Notes under the pieces: generated by a model | Seen by the model: the letters and a program-made list of their open reading frames with translations, nothing else | The model's database searches: none | Told to the model about the DNA's origin: nothing | Made by a program: the position numbers and the translations under genes | In this document: piece by piece, positions 48,745-60,400 of the stretch | Layout: each line of letters starts with the position of its first letter | Position numbering within the stretch: position 1 is the first letter of the stretch | Origin: Mobula hypostoma | Taxonomy: Eukaryota | Assembly: GCF_963921235.1 (NCBI RefSeq) | Contig: NC_086097.1 | Location: forward strand, 16,802,001-16,866,000 | Length of the DNA: 64,000 nt | Reading direction: 5' to 3'

Positions 48745-49868
48745 ACAGAGAGAGATATAGATACTTCATTGATCCCAAAGAAAATTACAGTGTCACAGTA
48801 GCATTATGCGTGCACAAATATTAGAAGAGAAGTAAGAAAGAATAAAAATTAAAATATCTCAAGCAGTCTAACTGGAGGGGGTAATCACTTCTCTGGCTAT
48901 AGGTTGACTCATTATAGAGCCTAATGGTCGAGGGTAAGAATGATTCCATATAGCGCTCTTTGGAGCAGCAGAGTTGTCTTGGTCTATTACTAAAAGCGCT
49001 CTCCTGTTCAGCCAAGGAGGCATGCAGAGGGTGAGAAACATTGTCCAGAATTGCCAGGATTTTCTGTAGAGTCCTTTGTTCTACCACAGCCTCCAGTGGG
49101 TCCAGTTTGACTCCTACAACAGCGCCAGCCTTTCTAATCAGTTTATTGTGCCTGTTGGCATCAGCCATGTTGATGCCATTGCCCTAGTACACCACATACA
49201 AGATTGTACTGGCAACAACAAACTGGTAGAACATGTGAAGGAGAGGCCCGCATACTCCAAAGGACCTCACTCTCCTCAGGAAGTAAAAGCGACTTTGGCC
49301 CTTCTTGTACATAGCCTCTGTGTTGGTGCTCCACTCAAATCTGTCATCCAGGTTCACTCCCAGGTACTTGTAGGTCCTCACCACATCCACGCCCTCACCA
49401 TCAATAGTAACAGGGAGCAGTGCAGGCTTAGTCTTCCTAAAGTCCATCTCCATCTCCTTTGTCTTACTGATGTTGAACTGCGGATGATTCATCTTGTACC
49501 ATTTGACAAAGTCCTCCACCAGGGCCCTGTATTCATCCTCCCGTCCTCCCTTTATACACCCAATTATTGCTGAGTCATCAGAGAATTTCTGCAGATGGCA
49601 TAACTCAGTGTTGTATCTGAAGTCCAAGGTATACAGGAAGGGTAAACAGGAAGGGAGCTAATACAGTCCCCCGTGGGGCCCCAATACTGCTGATAGCCAT
49701 GTCTGACACACAGCTCTGAAGCTGCACAAACTGTGGTCTGCCACTCAGGTCGTCCGTTATCCAAAATACAATGGAAGTGCCAACTTGCATTGAAGGGAGC
49801 TTTTCCCCCAGCAATAAGGGCTGTATGATATTGAAGGCACTTGAGAAATCAAAAACCATGATCCTCAC
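48745..49868 (-). mobile_element. Rex1/Babar RT 3' fragment
   Basis: VRIMVFDFSSAFN, GAPRGTVLAPFLF, KFSDDSAI, YKYLG, SHPLH; (atct)-type tail. Confidence 0.92.
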
Positions 49869-50944
49869 TTGAAGTATTGTGAGCTGGTTTGGGCCCCTTA
49901 CCTTGGAAAGGATGTGCTGAAAGGGGAGGGAGTTCAAAGGATGTTCACAAAAATGAATCCAGGATTGAATGCCATGTCATATGAAGAGTGTCTGATGGCT
50001 CTGGGCCTGTATTCACCAGAATTCAGATGACTGAGGGGTGACTTCATTGAAATCTATCGAATGGTGAAAGGCTTTGATAGAGTGGATATGGAGAGGATGT
50101 TTCCTATTATGGGGGAGTCTAAGACCAGATGACACAGCCTCAGAATAGAAGGGTGTCCTTTTTGAATGGAGATGAGGAGGAATTATTTTAGCCACAGAAT
50201 GGTCAATCTGTGAAATTCTTTGCCACAGGCAGCTGTGGAGGCCAAGTCTTTATGTATATTTAAGGGAGAGGTTGATTGCTTCTTGATTGGTCAGGGCATG
50301 AAGAGATACAGGCAGGAGATTGGGGCTGAGAGGAAAATTGCATCAGTCATGATGAAATGGCAGAGCAGACTTGATGGGCCAAATGGCCCAATTCTGCTCC
50401 TATATCTTACGGTCTTATAGTCAGTCTTTAAGGATCCCGGTAAAGACTTGATTTAGGACTGAGACTTACCTTTTCAAATTAGGATGCTCAAAAGGGCCCA
50501 ATAACACACTTCCACTGATTAATTTGTCCTAGGAACTTATTAAGTTTGAAATATGTTAATAGTTTCCCTCTAAATCATTCTCATCTTGGTTTATAATTTG
50601 ATTTTAAATTACTTTTGCTCTCTTCTTGGAAATTTCTGCTGTTCTTTCTCTGTCCTTGGTAAAATGACTGGTTCAGAAATTGGAGTCATAGAGTTGTAGA
50701 TGCTGAAGCTCAGGAGGTTCTATTGATTTCTTTACCAACCCATAAATGGCAGCATAAAAAGTACACACTCAATTAGAGTAGAAAAAATATAGTGATTTCT
50801 CCACTGCTTAACTGATACACCTTATTGCTGCTTTAGGAAATGCTACAGCTCGATATGATACTTTATTTGTCTGTACAAACTTTCTTGGAACCAAGCAAAG
50901 TTGGCGTTTTGGGCTGTTACCAGTTTTGTGTTGTAAAACAAAGT

Positions 50945-51290
50945 TTCAAAGTGTTCAAAGTACATTTATTATCCAAGTGTGTATACTGTGTATGACCTTG
51001 AGATTCATCTCCTTACAGGCAGCCAGAAAACAAAGAAACCCAATGGAACCCATTAAAAAAGAAGACTGTGCAGAGTAAAAAACAAATCGTGCAAAGAATA
51101 AAAATAAGCAAATAACATTCAGAACCGAAGTTCATGAAAGTGAGTGTACAGCCACGAGGCCAGTCACAGCCGACCCAGGAGCACATTAGTTGCAGGCCAT
51201 TGCCTCAGTTCAATGCAGATTTGAAGTGAGCTGAACACCAACCCATCTATTACTTCTGGCCCCAACACCCTGACTTTTAATTTTAGTAAA
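50945..51290 (-). mobile_element. Non-coding element with Rex1-type tail
   Basis: Collinear with 22960-23285. Confidence 0.7.
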
Positions 51291-51535
51291 TTAAAAGTTG
51301 GGCACAACATCATGAGCTGAAGGGATTGTACTGTGATGTAGTGTTCTACGTTCTAAGTTCAAATCAAACTAAAGTCAGTCTCTTCTACCAGAAATAAGGC
51401 CCTAGTTACACTCTGCTCCCCAATAATGTCCTTTTTGATGAATTTTCCAGCATTTGTTTACGTTCCAGATTCTAGCATCTGCCCTCTCTTCTGCTACACT
51501 CAGACGGATGACCATGTTGTCCACATGTGCGAGTA

Positions 51536-51853
51536 TCTCAGTAGCACAGCGGTTAGCACAACGCTGATACAGCCTGGGACATTGGAGTTTGGAGCTCAGT
51601 TTTGACGTCATCTCGAAGGAATCTGTACATCTTTCCCATGGAATGTGTGGGTTTCCTCCGGGTGCTCTCGTTTCCTCCCACAGCCCTAAGATGTTCTGGT
51701 TGGGAGGTTAATTGGTCATTGTAAATTGTCCCACAATTATGCTAGGGTTAAATCGAGGGATTGCTAGGTAGCGTGGCTCAAAGGGCTAGAAGGCTCTGTT
51801 CCATGCTGTATCCCAATCAATAAATAAACAAACGATCAAATAAATAAATAAAA
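51536..51853 (+). mobile_element. HE1-like SINE
   Basis: tRNA-like head, gggtttcctccgggtgctc core, CR1-like tail, (aaat)n. Confidence 0.85.
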
Positions 51854-52034
51854 GTTCAACAACAAATTCCTAAAGCAGACTTTTCTGAGTGCTGTCATGG
51901 GAAAAGATTTCTGATTGGTTGCCATCAGATTGTTTAATGGTCCATGAACCCATGAACACACCTCGTTATTCATACTGCTGCGGCAAAACAACACATTTCG
52001 CAACATATGTCAGTGATATTAAACCCGATTCTGA

Positions 52035-52295
52035 AGGCCAAGTGGACAAAGGGAATGATTCCAAGATGTGCACATTGCCTTCTTTCAGAAATGAAGCATC
52101 CTCACCGAATCCTGGCACTGTCATGCTCCAATCACTCAAAGCAGAAAAAAAATGCTTTGGATGTTTGAACCTCAGGAGCAGAAAACCACAGTGTGTAAGG
52201 ATCAAAAGCTACCTCGGAAACTATCTGGCTCCATCAGGCAGCTCCTGTCCCATCTGTGCAAGAGTTTGTACACTGGCCGAATCAACCAACTTGGG
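52035..52295 (+). mobile_element. Decayed RTE (BovB-like) 3' remnant
   Basis: GQRE*FQDV-like motif and a terminal CPICARVC zinc-finger-like remnant. Confidence 0.5.
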
Positions 52296-52737
52296 ACCCT
52301 CATTGCTAGAGTAGAGGCAAGTCATCCTTGATTTTGAGAGGCAGAAGGGGAAAAGGAGAAATGGGAAGAGCAAAGAGAGCTGGAAAAAGAGAAAGGGGTG
52401 GAAGTAGAGGACAAGGAAGAGCAAGATGAGGAGGCGGATGAGGTAAAGAAGAAAGGCAATCGGATGCTTCTTTTATTGATTTAAATGCTTCTGATATTAG
52501 AGACACTTCAGTAATTTGAATACTTTAAGTATGAATATCATAATATTTGATAATAGGTCAAAATAAAAAATAAATTGACTTAAAACATATAGCAATACTG
52601 TTCAGTCCCCTCTCATTCTATCGCGTTGGTAGCTTCCAGTGCATCGAAGTCCAGGATCTAGAGCCAACATTTGGAAAGGTCAAGTGAGCATTGGCTGTGT
52701 GCCTTGGAAAAGATTAGCACATGTAATTTTTGACAAT

Positions 52738-53836
52738 AATGGATTCAGCAGTGGCTGGATGGGAGACGCCAGAGAGTAGTGGTGGATAATTGTTTGTCAG
52801 ATTGGAGGCCGGTGACTAGTGGTGTGCCTCAGGAATCTGTACCGGGTTCAATGTTGTTTGTCATATATATTAATGATCTGGATGATGGGGTGGTAAATTG
52901 GATTAGTAAGTATGCAGATGATACTAAGATAGGTGGAGTTGTGGATAATGAAGTAGGTTTTCAAAACTTGCAGAGAGATTTAGGCCAGTTAGAAGAGTGG
53001 GCTGAAAGATGGCAGATGGAGTTTAATGCTGATAAATGTGAGGTGCTACATTTTGGTAGGACTAATCAAAATAGGACATACATGGTAAATGGTAGGGCAT
53101 TGAAGAATGCAATAGAACAGAGGGATCTAGGAATTATGGTGCATAGTTCCCTGAAGGTGGAATCTCATGTGGATAGGATGGTGAAGAAAGCTTTTGGTAT
53201 GCTGGCCTTTATAAGTCTGAGCATTGAGTATAGGAGTTGGGATGTAATGTTGAAATTGTACAAGGCATTGGTAAGGCCAAGTTTGGAGTATTATATACAG
53301 TTCTGGTCACCGAATTATAGGAAGGATGTCAACAAAATTGAGAGAGTACAGAGAAGATTTACTAAAATGTTACCTGGGTTTCATCTCCTAAGTTACAGAG
53401 AAAGGTTGAACAAGTTGGGTCTTTATTCTTTGGAACGTAGAAGGTTGAGGGGGGAATTGATAGAGGTATTTAAAATTATGAGGGGGATAGATAGAGTTGA
53501 CATGGATAGGCTTTTTCCATTGAGAGTGGAGGAGATTCAAACAAGAGGACATGAGTTAAGAGTTAAAGGGCAAAAGTTTAGGGGTAACATGAGGGGGAAC
53601 TTCTTTACTCAGAGAGTGGTAGCTGTGTGGAACGAGCTTCCAGCAGAAGTGGTTGAGGCAGGTTTGATGTTGTCATTTAAAGTTAAATTGGATAGCTATA
53701 TGGACAGGAAAGGAATGGAGGGTTATGGGCTGAGTGCAGGTCAGTGGGACTAGGAAAGAGTAAGAGTTCAGCATGGACTAGAAAGGCCGAGATGGCCTGT
53801 TTCCGTGCTGTAATTGTTATATGGTTATGGTTCTAT
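52738..53836 (+). mobile_element. 5'-truncated CR1 with open frame to 53753
   Basis: SGVPQESVPG, KYADDTK, VRPSLEY; (tatggt)n tail. Confidence 0.95.
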
Positions 53837-54282
53837 ATTCTATTGTTGTTAGAGTTGTGTCTGGGACTAAATGGGAATTTTCTTCAGTGTGGAAATCAGT
53901 TCCATCTTCCTCATCTGGTTTAAGGTTGTCTATACATCAGATAGAAGGTCCAGTCCTAGGAATGGTTTCCATAGCATTACTGATGATCTCCTTGTTCATC
54001 ATAAAGTTGTTTATTGTCACCTCTGTTATTTCTTGCTGTTAACAATGTGCAGTTTGAATTCTCTTTCACGGAGCTTTCATGATTTAGATTTGCCTTTCAC
54101 TTCAAAATGTTACCCCTATAGCTGTAATATCTTCTGCAATATCCCTTAATGAGGCGTCTTACCAAGAATTCTCCGGAGATTCAAGGGTAGTGCATTCTTT
54201 GGATCACCTTTTAACCAAATGCACGTTACTTCTTCGAAGACCTCCAAGTGATCAACCATGATTTCCCTTACCAAGCTATGAG

Positions 54283-54895
54283 TGACACACACAAAATGCT
54301 GGAGGAGCTCAGCAGATCAGGTGACATCAATGGAAAGGAATAAAGAGTCAACATCTGCGGACCAATGCCCTTCATCAGGACTGGGAAGGAAGGTGGAAGA
54401 AGCCAGAATAAGGAGGGTGGAGGGGAAGGAGTGCAAGGTGGAAGGTGATAGCTGAAGCCAGGTGAGGGGGAGGTAGCTGGGTCTGAGAGTGGGGATAAGG
54501 TGAGAAGCTGGGAGGTGATAGGTATAAAAGGTAAAGGGATGGTGAAGAAGGAATCTAAAAGGAGAAGAGAGTGGACCATGGGAGAAAGAGAAGGAGGAGG
54601 AGCATCAGAGACAGGTGAGAAAAATAGAAGGGTCTGCAATGTGCTGTACTATTCTAAGAGAAGGAGTAAGATGAGAGACAGAATGGAGAATGAAAGAAGG
54701 GAGAATTAACAGAAGTTAGCGAAATCAATGTTCATACTGTCAGGTTGAAGGCTTCCCAGATGGAATATGAAGTATTCACACTACAGCCTGAGAGTGGCCT
54801 TATTATGGCAGTAGAGGAGGCCATAGACCAACATGCTGGAATGGGAATGGGATTAGAATTGAAATGATTGGCCACTGGGAAATTCTGCTTGTGGC
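54283..54895 (-). mobile_element. Old PLE 3' fragment
   Basis: GIY-YIG C-terminal remnant (HFNS..LQPDSMNIDFANF) and degenerate hammerhead at ~54345-54382. Confidence 0.85.
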
Positions 54896-55106
54896 AAACT
54901 TTGCTTGATTACTTTGTCTTTTTCTAAATGCCCTGCTATTTAATAATAGCTTCAAACACTTCCCTGAATACAAGGATCTTTCACAGGAGAATATCACCAG
55001 ATTAGGTAGAATTCTATTGAATAAGCAGCATTGAGTTATATCACTTATTTGGCTGTGATAGTTTACTAGTTGTCTAGTTAACAATAGATGAGAAGGCATC
55101 ACCACT

Positions 55107-55245
55107 CACAACATGCTGGAGGAACTCAGCAGGTCGGGCAGCATCTGTAGATGGTTTTCCACGGATGCTGCCCGACCTGCTGAGTTCCTCCAGCGTGTTG
55201 CGAATGTTGCTTTGACCCTGGCATCTGCAGAGTATTTTGTGTTTA
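55107..55245. mobile_element. 139-bp PLE-derived fold-back mini-insertion without hammerhead
   Basis: Arms gctggaggaactcagcaggtcgggcagcatc / gatgctgcccgacctgctgagttcctccagc; 10-bp TSD catcaccact at 55097-55106 and 55246-55255. Confidence 0.9.
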
Positions 55246-55824
55246 CATCACCACTTGCAGCATCTGTAATTTCAGTTTGCAATTTTCTGGGTTAGCAGAA
55301 AAATCTACAGGAAAACCATTAAGGAAATATTGAGGAAAATGTGTAATCTGCAGGAAATGTCGGGTCATGACCCAGGTAAACCTGTCCAGTTAGAATTGGC
55401 AGGATGTTAGTGATAACAAGAAATCCCTTGTGCTTTTCATTTGTAGCTTTACCCAAGATAGATGGAGATACCAAGCTACACTCTCCCACAGAGTGAAAAC
55501 ATTCACCCCATTCCTGTGACTAAATTTTGTGGTAATCCTGTGAGCTAGAGGGGAGAGACTTGTACTTGTAGCGCTATGTTGTACTTCTTTCACACTTGAG
55601 TCTAGTCATATACAATATATCTAGTTCTACTCCAAGCCAGCTATAAGGGGAAATGCAAGAAAAGTCCTTGCTTTATTTCATTAAAATTTTACTGCTCCCT
55701 TTGTCAAAAACATCTGGTAGTTTTACAAAATAAAAATTGTAGGACTTTGTACAGTGAGGAAAATTGGTGACCTGAATGAACATTTTATGGCATACGATGT
55801 TTGAAAAAGGAAGCCTGCATGCGT

Positions 55825-56115
55825 ACTTCTTCAGCCCTTTACCTCTTCCACTTTTTACACCCCCCAGCTTCTCATGTCGTTCCTCCTCCCCCCACCCACA
55901 CACCTTCCCCTCACCTGGTCTCACCAGTCAACTGCCAGCTTGTACTCCTCTCACTCACTCCACTCTCTTATTCTGGCTTCTTCCCCTTCCTCTCCAGTGC
56001 TGATGAATGGTTCATTTGACCTCCATTGACGCTGCCTGACTTGCTGAGTTCCTCCAATACTTTGTGTGTGTGTGTGTTGCCCAAGATTTCCAGCATCTGT
56101 AGAATCTCTCATGTT
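55825..56115 (+). mobile_element. Old PLE 3' UTR
   Basis: Homologous to 31600-31893; hammerhead partly deleted. Confidence 0.8.
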
Positions 56116-56441
56116 CAATCTTACCACATTCTCACTTATGAGGAAGCAGAATTTAGCGATACAACCAGACATCTGGACCACCGAAATAGGGCACTAGCTT
56201 CATCTGGCAATTATGGAGCATGGAAGTCTCCTCACATTCTTTTCATCCAATCCTATTATCACGCCTGGCTCTCCCTTTATCCCCCAGGTGCCTGTCCAGC
56301 TTTCCTGTGCGTAAAGCATGTCCCACATACAAAGTGTGCAGAATTTGCAGAAGCAGAGAGAGTTGTCCTGAAAGATTAGCAACACACATAAATGTTGCTG
56401 GTGAATGCAGCAGGCCAGGCAGCATCTCTAGGAAGAGGTGC

Positions 56442-56477
56442 AGTCGACGTTTCAGGCCGAGACCCTTCGTCAGGACT
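56442..56477 (-). ncRNA. Minimal type I hammerhead motif, intact
   Basis: Reverse complement reads AGTC CTGACGA AGG gtctcgg CCT GAAA CG TC GACT. Confidence 0.82.
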
Positions 56478-56508
56478 AACTGAAGAAAGAGCGAGTAAGG
56501 GATCCCTT

Positions 56509-56544
56509 AGTCCTGACGAAGGGTCTCGGCCTGAAACGTCGACT
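56509..56544 (+). ncRNA. Minimal type I hammerhead motif, intact
   Basis: AGTC CTGACGA AGG gtctcgg CCT GAAA CG TC GACT; predicted cut after 56540. Confidence 0.82.
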
Positions 56545-56735
56545 GCACCTCTTCCTAGAGATGCTGCCTGGCCTGTTGCGTTCACCAGCAACTTTGATGT
56601 ATGTTGCTTGAATTTCCAGCATCTGCAGAATTCCTGTTGTCTCCTGAAAGAATGTCTGCTTTATCTGAGATTAAAACACAATGATCAAATTTTACATGGT
56701 CCCATCACACTTAAATACCGTAACCTTATGCCTTT

Positions 56736-57011
56736 GGCATGGTAGTGTAGCAGTTAGCACAACTCTTTACAGTACCAGCGACCGGGGTTCAATTCCCACC
56801 ACTGCCTGTAAGGAGTTTGTACATTCTCCACATGACTGCGTGTGTTTCATTAGGGTGCTCTGGGTTCCTCCCACAGACCAAAGATGTACTGGTTAGCAGG
56901 CTAATTGGTCATTGTAAATTGACCTGTGATTACGCTGGGGTTAAATTAGAGGATGCTGGGTTACACAGCTTGAGGGGCTGGAAGGGCCTACTTTGCATGG
57001 TACCTCAATAA
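56736..57011 (+). mobile_element. HE1-like tRNA SINE
   Basis: A-box-like tggtagtgtagcag, B-box ggttcaattcc, V-SINE-like core, CR1-like tail. Confidence 0.88.
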
Positions 57012-57193
57012 GTTGAAAAAAAAATACTCCTGTCCCTACACATTCCATTCCTGTTTTAAATCAACTTCTGATGAATTGCCTGTGATGTTACTAATTAAGC
57101 AAGGATCATCAGCAACACATCCACCACAATTATTCTCAACACTGGTGCTCCACAAGGTTGAGTTTACAACCCCCTCCTTTACTCCCTGTACAC

Positions 57194-57546
57194 CGGTGAT
57201 CCCCAACCTCCGGGCCGCGGGCCGATACTGGGCCACGAAGCATGCAGGGGTGCAGCGGCAGCCGGGACACACCCAGCACATCTTTAAGAAAACAGTCGAA
57301 ATAAACAAGCTAATTAATTAGGTGCCGCCCGGCACGTAAATGTCGGCCCAGATGAGAGGCGATTGCCGATTGCGTAGAGCAAGTGAGATTGGCATTCGCC
57401 TCTGATCTGGGCCGACATTTACGTGCCGGGCGGCACCTGATTAATTAGCTTGTTTATTTCAGCTTTTTTCTTAAAGATGTGCTGGGTGCATCTTGGTTAC
57501 CGCTGCACCCCTGCATGCTTCGCGGCCTGGAGGTTGGGGACCCCTG
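57194..57546. mobile_element. hAT (Charlie-like) palindromic MITE
   Basis: Ends cggtgatccccaacctcc / ggaggttggggacccctg; 8-bp TSD ctgtacac/ctgtatac; ~155-bp inverted arms; inserted in a small Rex1 RT scrap (57130-57565). Confidence 0.92.
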
Positions 57547-58012
57547 CTGTATACTCATGACTGTAGGACATCATCAAAACAATACTAATATCAATTATAT
57601 TTTATATCTGTGGCCTGTAGTTTTGGAGACCCCATAATGGGAAATGCTTTCTTTAAGTTTTCTCTTTGAAAATCTTAAGAGGCAACAGGAAATGCTTCTA
57701 ATCATCTTTAGAAAATGCTGAATCGTGACTTAAGAACAACATCCCCAGGATGCAGGTCAAATATTCCTATCCCTCCACAGATGCTGGTCATTGCTATGAG
57801 TTTCTTGAGCAGATTGTTTCTAATGCCAGTTAGAATTGGTTAACACCCCTGCTTAAAGTTGCAAGAATATTAATAAAGAACATGAAATACCTGTGTTCTC
57901 TCTTTTTTCTTCTGTATCAAGTGTTAAAGATGTTACACCCCTAACTTCTCTACTAAAAATGTATTCTTTGTATGCATAACTTCTGAGTTCTAGAATCATC
58001 TTTGGAAGTTTT

Positions 58013-60400
58013 TGGAATTGGTTTATTATTGTCACATGTACCAAGATACAGTGAAAAACTTGTCTTCCATATTGTTTATGCAGATCAGATCATTAAACAG
58101 AGCATTGAGCTAGAAAAAGGTAAACTATAACGATGCAGAATAAAGTGCAACAGCTATGGAGAGAGTACAGTGCAGGTAAACAATAAGTTGCAAGATCTTA
58201 ACAAGGAAGACTGGGAAATCAAAAGTCCAACTTATTATACTAGGGAACCATTTAATAGTCTTATAACAGTGTGGTAGAAGCTGTCCTTGAGCATGGTGGT
58301 ACATGTTTTCAGGCTTTTGGCTCTTCTGTCCGATGGAAGAGTGGAGAAAAGAAAGTGTCCAGGGTAGCTGGGGTATTTTTATATGCCGGCTTCTTTTCTG
58401 AGACAGCAAGAAGTACAGACAGAGTCCACTGAGGGGAAGCTGATTTCTGTGATGTGCTGACCTGTGCAGTTTTTTGCAGTCTCAGCAGAATAGTTCCTAT
58501 ACCAGATGGGGCGTTTTCTATGGGGCATCAATAAATATTGATGAAGATGTATGGGAACATGTCAATTTTCTTTAATCTCTTGAGGAAGTAGAAGTGTTGA
58601 TGAGCTTTCTTGGCTGTGGTTGCTGCCAGACAAGTTGTTGGTGATGATCACTCCTAGTATCTTGAAGCTTCTAAGCCTCTCAATCTCAACACCTTTGACG
58701 TAGACAGGAGCATGTGCACCATGCCCTTTCCTGAAGCCAATGACCATCCCTTCTGTCTTGCTGACATTGAGGAAAAGGTATTGTCTCGATATCACGTTAC
58801 TAAGCTCTCTATCTCCAGTTAGACTGACCTCAGTGGTTGGGAAGATGTTGGAGTCAATTGATAAGGATGTGGTTTCAGCATACTTGGAGGTGCACGATAA
58901 AATCGGCCAAAGTCAGCATGGTTTCCTTGAGGGAAAATCTTGCCTGTCAACCCTGTTGGAATTCTTTGAAGAAACAATAAACAGGATAGACAAAGGAGAA
59001 CCGATGGATGTTATGTACTTGGGTTTTCAGAAGGCGTTTGACAAGGTGCCACTCATGAGGCTGCTTAACATGTTAAGAGCCCATTCTATAACAGGAAAGA
59101 TATTAGCATGGATAGAGCATTGGCTGATTGGATGGAGGCAAAGAGTGGGAGTAAAGGGAGCCTTTTCTGGTTGGCTGCCAGTGAATCATGGTGTTCCACA
59201 GCAGTCTGTGTTGGGACCGCCTCTTTTTATCTTATGCGTCAATGATTTGGATGACCGAATTGATGGCTTTGTGGCCAAGTTTGCAGACGACACAAAGACA
59301 CTTGGAGGTGCAGGAAATGTTGAGGAAGTAGAGAGGCTACACAAGGACTTAGGCAGATAAGGGAAATGGACAAAGAAGTTGATGGAATACAGTGTCAAGA
59401 AATGTATGGTCGTGCACTTTCGCAGAAGAAATAAAAGAAATAAAAGCACAGACTATTTTCTAAATGGAGAGAAAATTCAAAAGTCTTCTGAGGTGCAAAG
59501 GAACTTGGGAGTTCTCATGCAGAATTCCTTAAAGGTTAATTTGCGGTCGAGTCAGTGGTGAGGAAGGCAAATGCAATGTTAGCATTAATTCGAGAGGACT
59601 GGAATATAAAAACAAGCATATAATGTTGAGGTTTTATAAGGCACTGGTGGGGCCTCACTTGGAGTATTGTGAGCAATTTTGGGCCCTTTATCTAAGAAAG
59701 GATGTGCTGACATTGGAGAGGAAAAGTCTTAGAACCATGAAATGAATTTGGGATTGAAAGGCTTATCATATGAGGAGCGTTTGATGCCTCTGGGCATCTA
59801 CTCACGGGAATTCAGAAGAATAAGGGAGGATCTCATTGAAATCTATTGAATGTTGAAAGGCCTCAATAGTGTGGATGTGGAGAAGATGTTTCCTGTGGTG
59901 GGGAAACCTACGACCAGACAACACAGCCTTAGAATAGAGAGACGTCCATTTACAATAGAGATGATGTGAAATTTCTTTAGCCAAAGAGTGGCAAATGTGT
60001 GGAACTCGGCTGTGGAGACCAAGCCTTTGGGTATATTTAAGGCAGAGGTTGATAGTTTCTTGATTAGTAAGGGCATGAAGGGTTATGGGGTGAAGGCAGG
60101 AAATTGGGACTGAGAGGGAAATGGATCAGTCATGATGAAATGGCCTAATTCTGTTCCTATATCTTATGGTCTTCCTGTAATTTATCATTTTTTGACATGG
60201 CTGACTATGATGGTACCATCTGCAAACTTATAGATGGAATCGGGTTATGCAGTAATGAGTACACAGGCGATAGAATATGGGGCTGAGGGCACAACTTTGT
60301 GGAGCGGCAGCGTTTAGAATAATCGTGGCAAATGTGTTGTTGGCCTGTCCTTACAGATTGCGGTCTGACAGACAGGAAGTCAAGGATCCAGTTGCATTGA
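58013..60400 (-). mobile_element. Old Rex1/Babar split by CR1 (pieces 58013-58814 and 60173-60400)
   Basis: LNVSKTEGMVIGFRK, SFKILG, KFADGT; 3' UTR like 14440-14675. Confidence 0.8.
58815..60172 (+). mobile_element. Decayed 5'-truncated CR1
   Basis: PVRLTSVVGKMLES..KFADDTK..PHLEYC; tail tcttatggtctt. Confidence 0.93.

Larger units (their letters stand above)
43797..50420 (+). mobile_element. Near full-length decayed CR1 with three nested inserts
   Basis: ORF1 (CKTCIQLQ, GDSLVRG, NDMG, GLHLNWRG), APE, RT pieces at 45929, 48412 and 49863; tail tcttacggtcttat. Confidence 0.9.
56376..56641. mobile_element. 266-bp PLE-derived fold-back insertion with two divergent hammerheads
   Basis: ~100-bp inverted arms around a ~27-nt spacer; 10-bp TSD tcctgaaaga at 56366-56375 and 56642-56651. 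Confidence 0.93.

Noticed and set aside
52320..52460. Purine-rich tract producing Leu/Phe/Pro-rich ORFs
   Set aside because: Low-complexity sequence with no coding signature
56376..56641. Viroid-like or classical retrozyme interpretation of the dual-hammerhead unit
   Set aside because: The ribozymes are inverted, not tandem direct repeats, so no unit-length circular RNA can be cut from one strand. The sequence is fully explained by PLE 3' ends.
26602..56745. Recurrent ORFs containing SPDEGSRPETST / MLVNAAGQAAS
   Set aside because: Translations of the non-coding PLE 3' end and hammerhead, not a protein family
56026..56745. Frame that stays open after removing the fold-back insert (..ERVVLKECLLYL..), with an acceptor-like cccccag near 56288
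   Set aside because: No recognisable homology or donor site; both ends run into repeats; compatible with chance
56736..56800. tRNA gene suggested by A/B boxes
   Set aside because: Continues into a SINE core and tail; no complete cloverleaf
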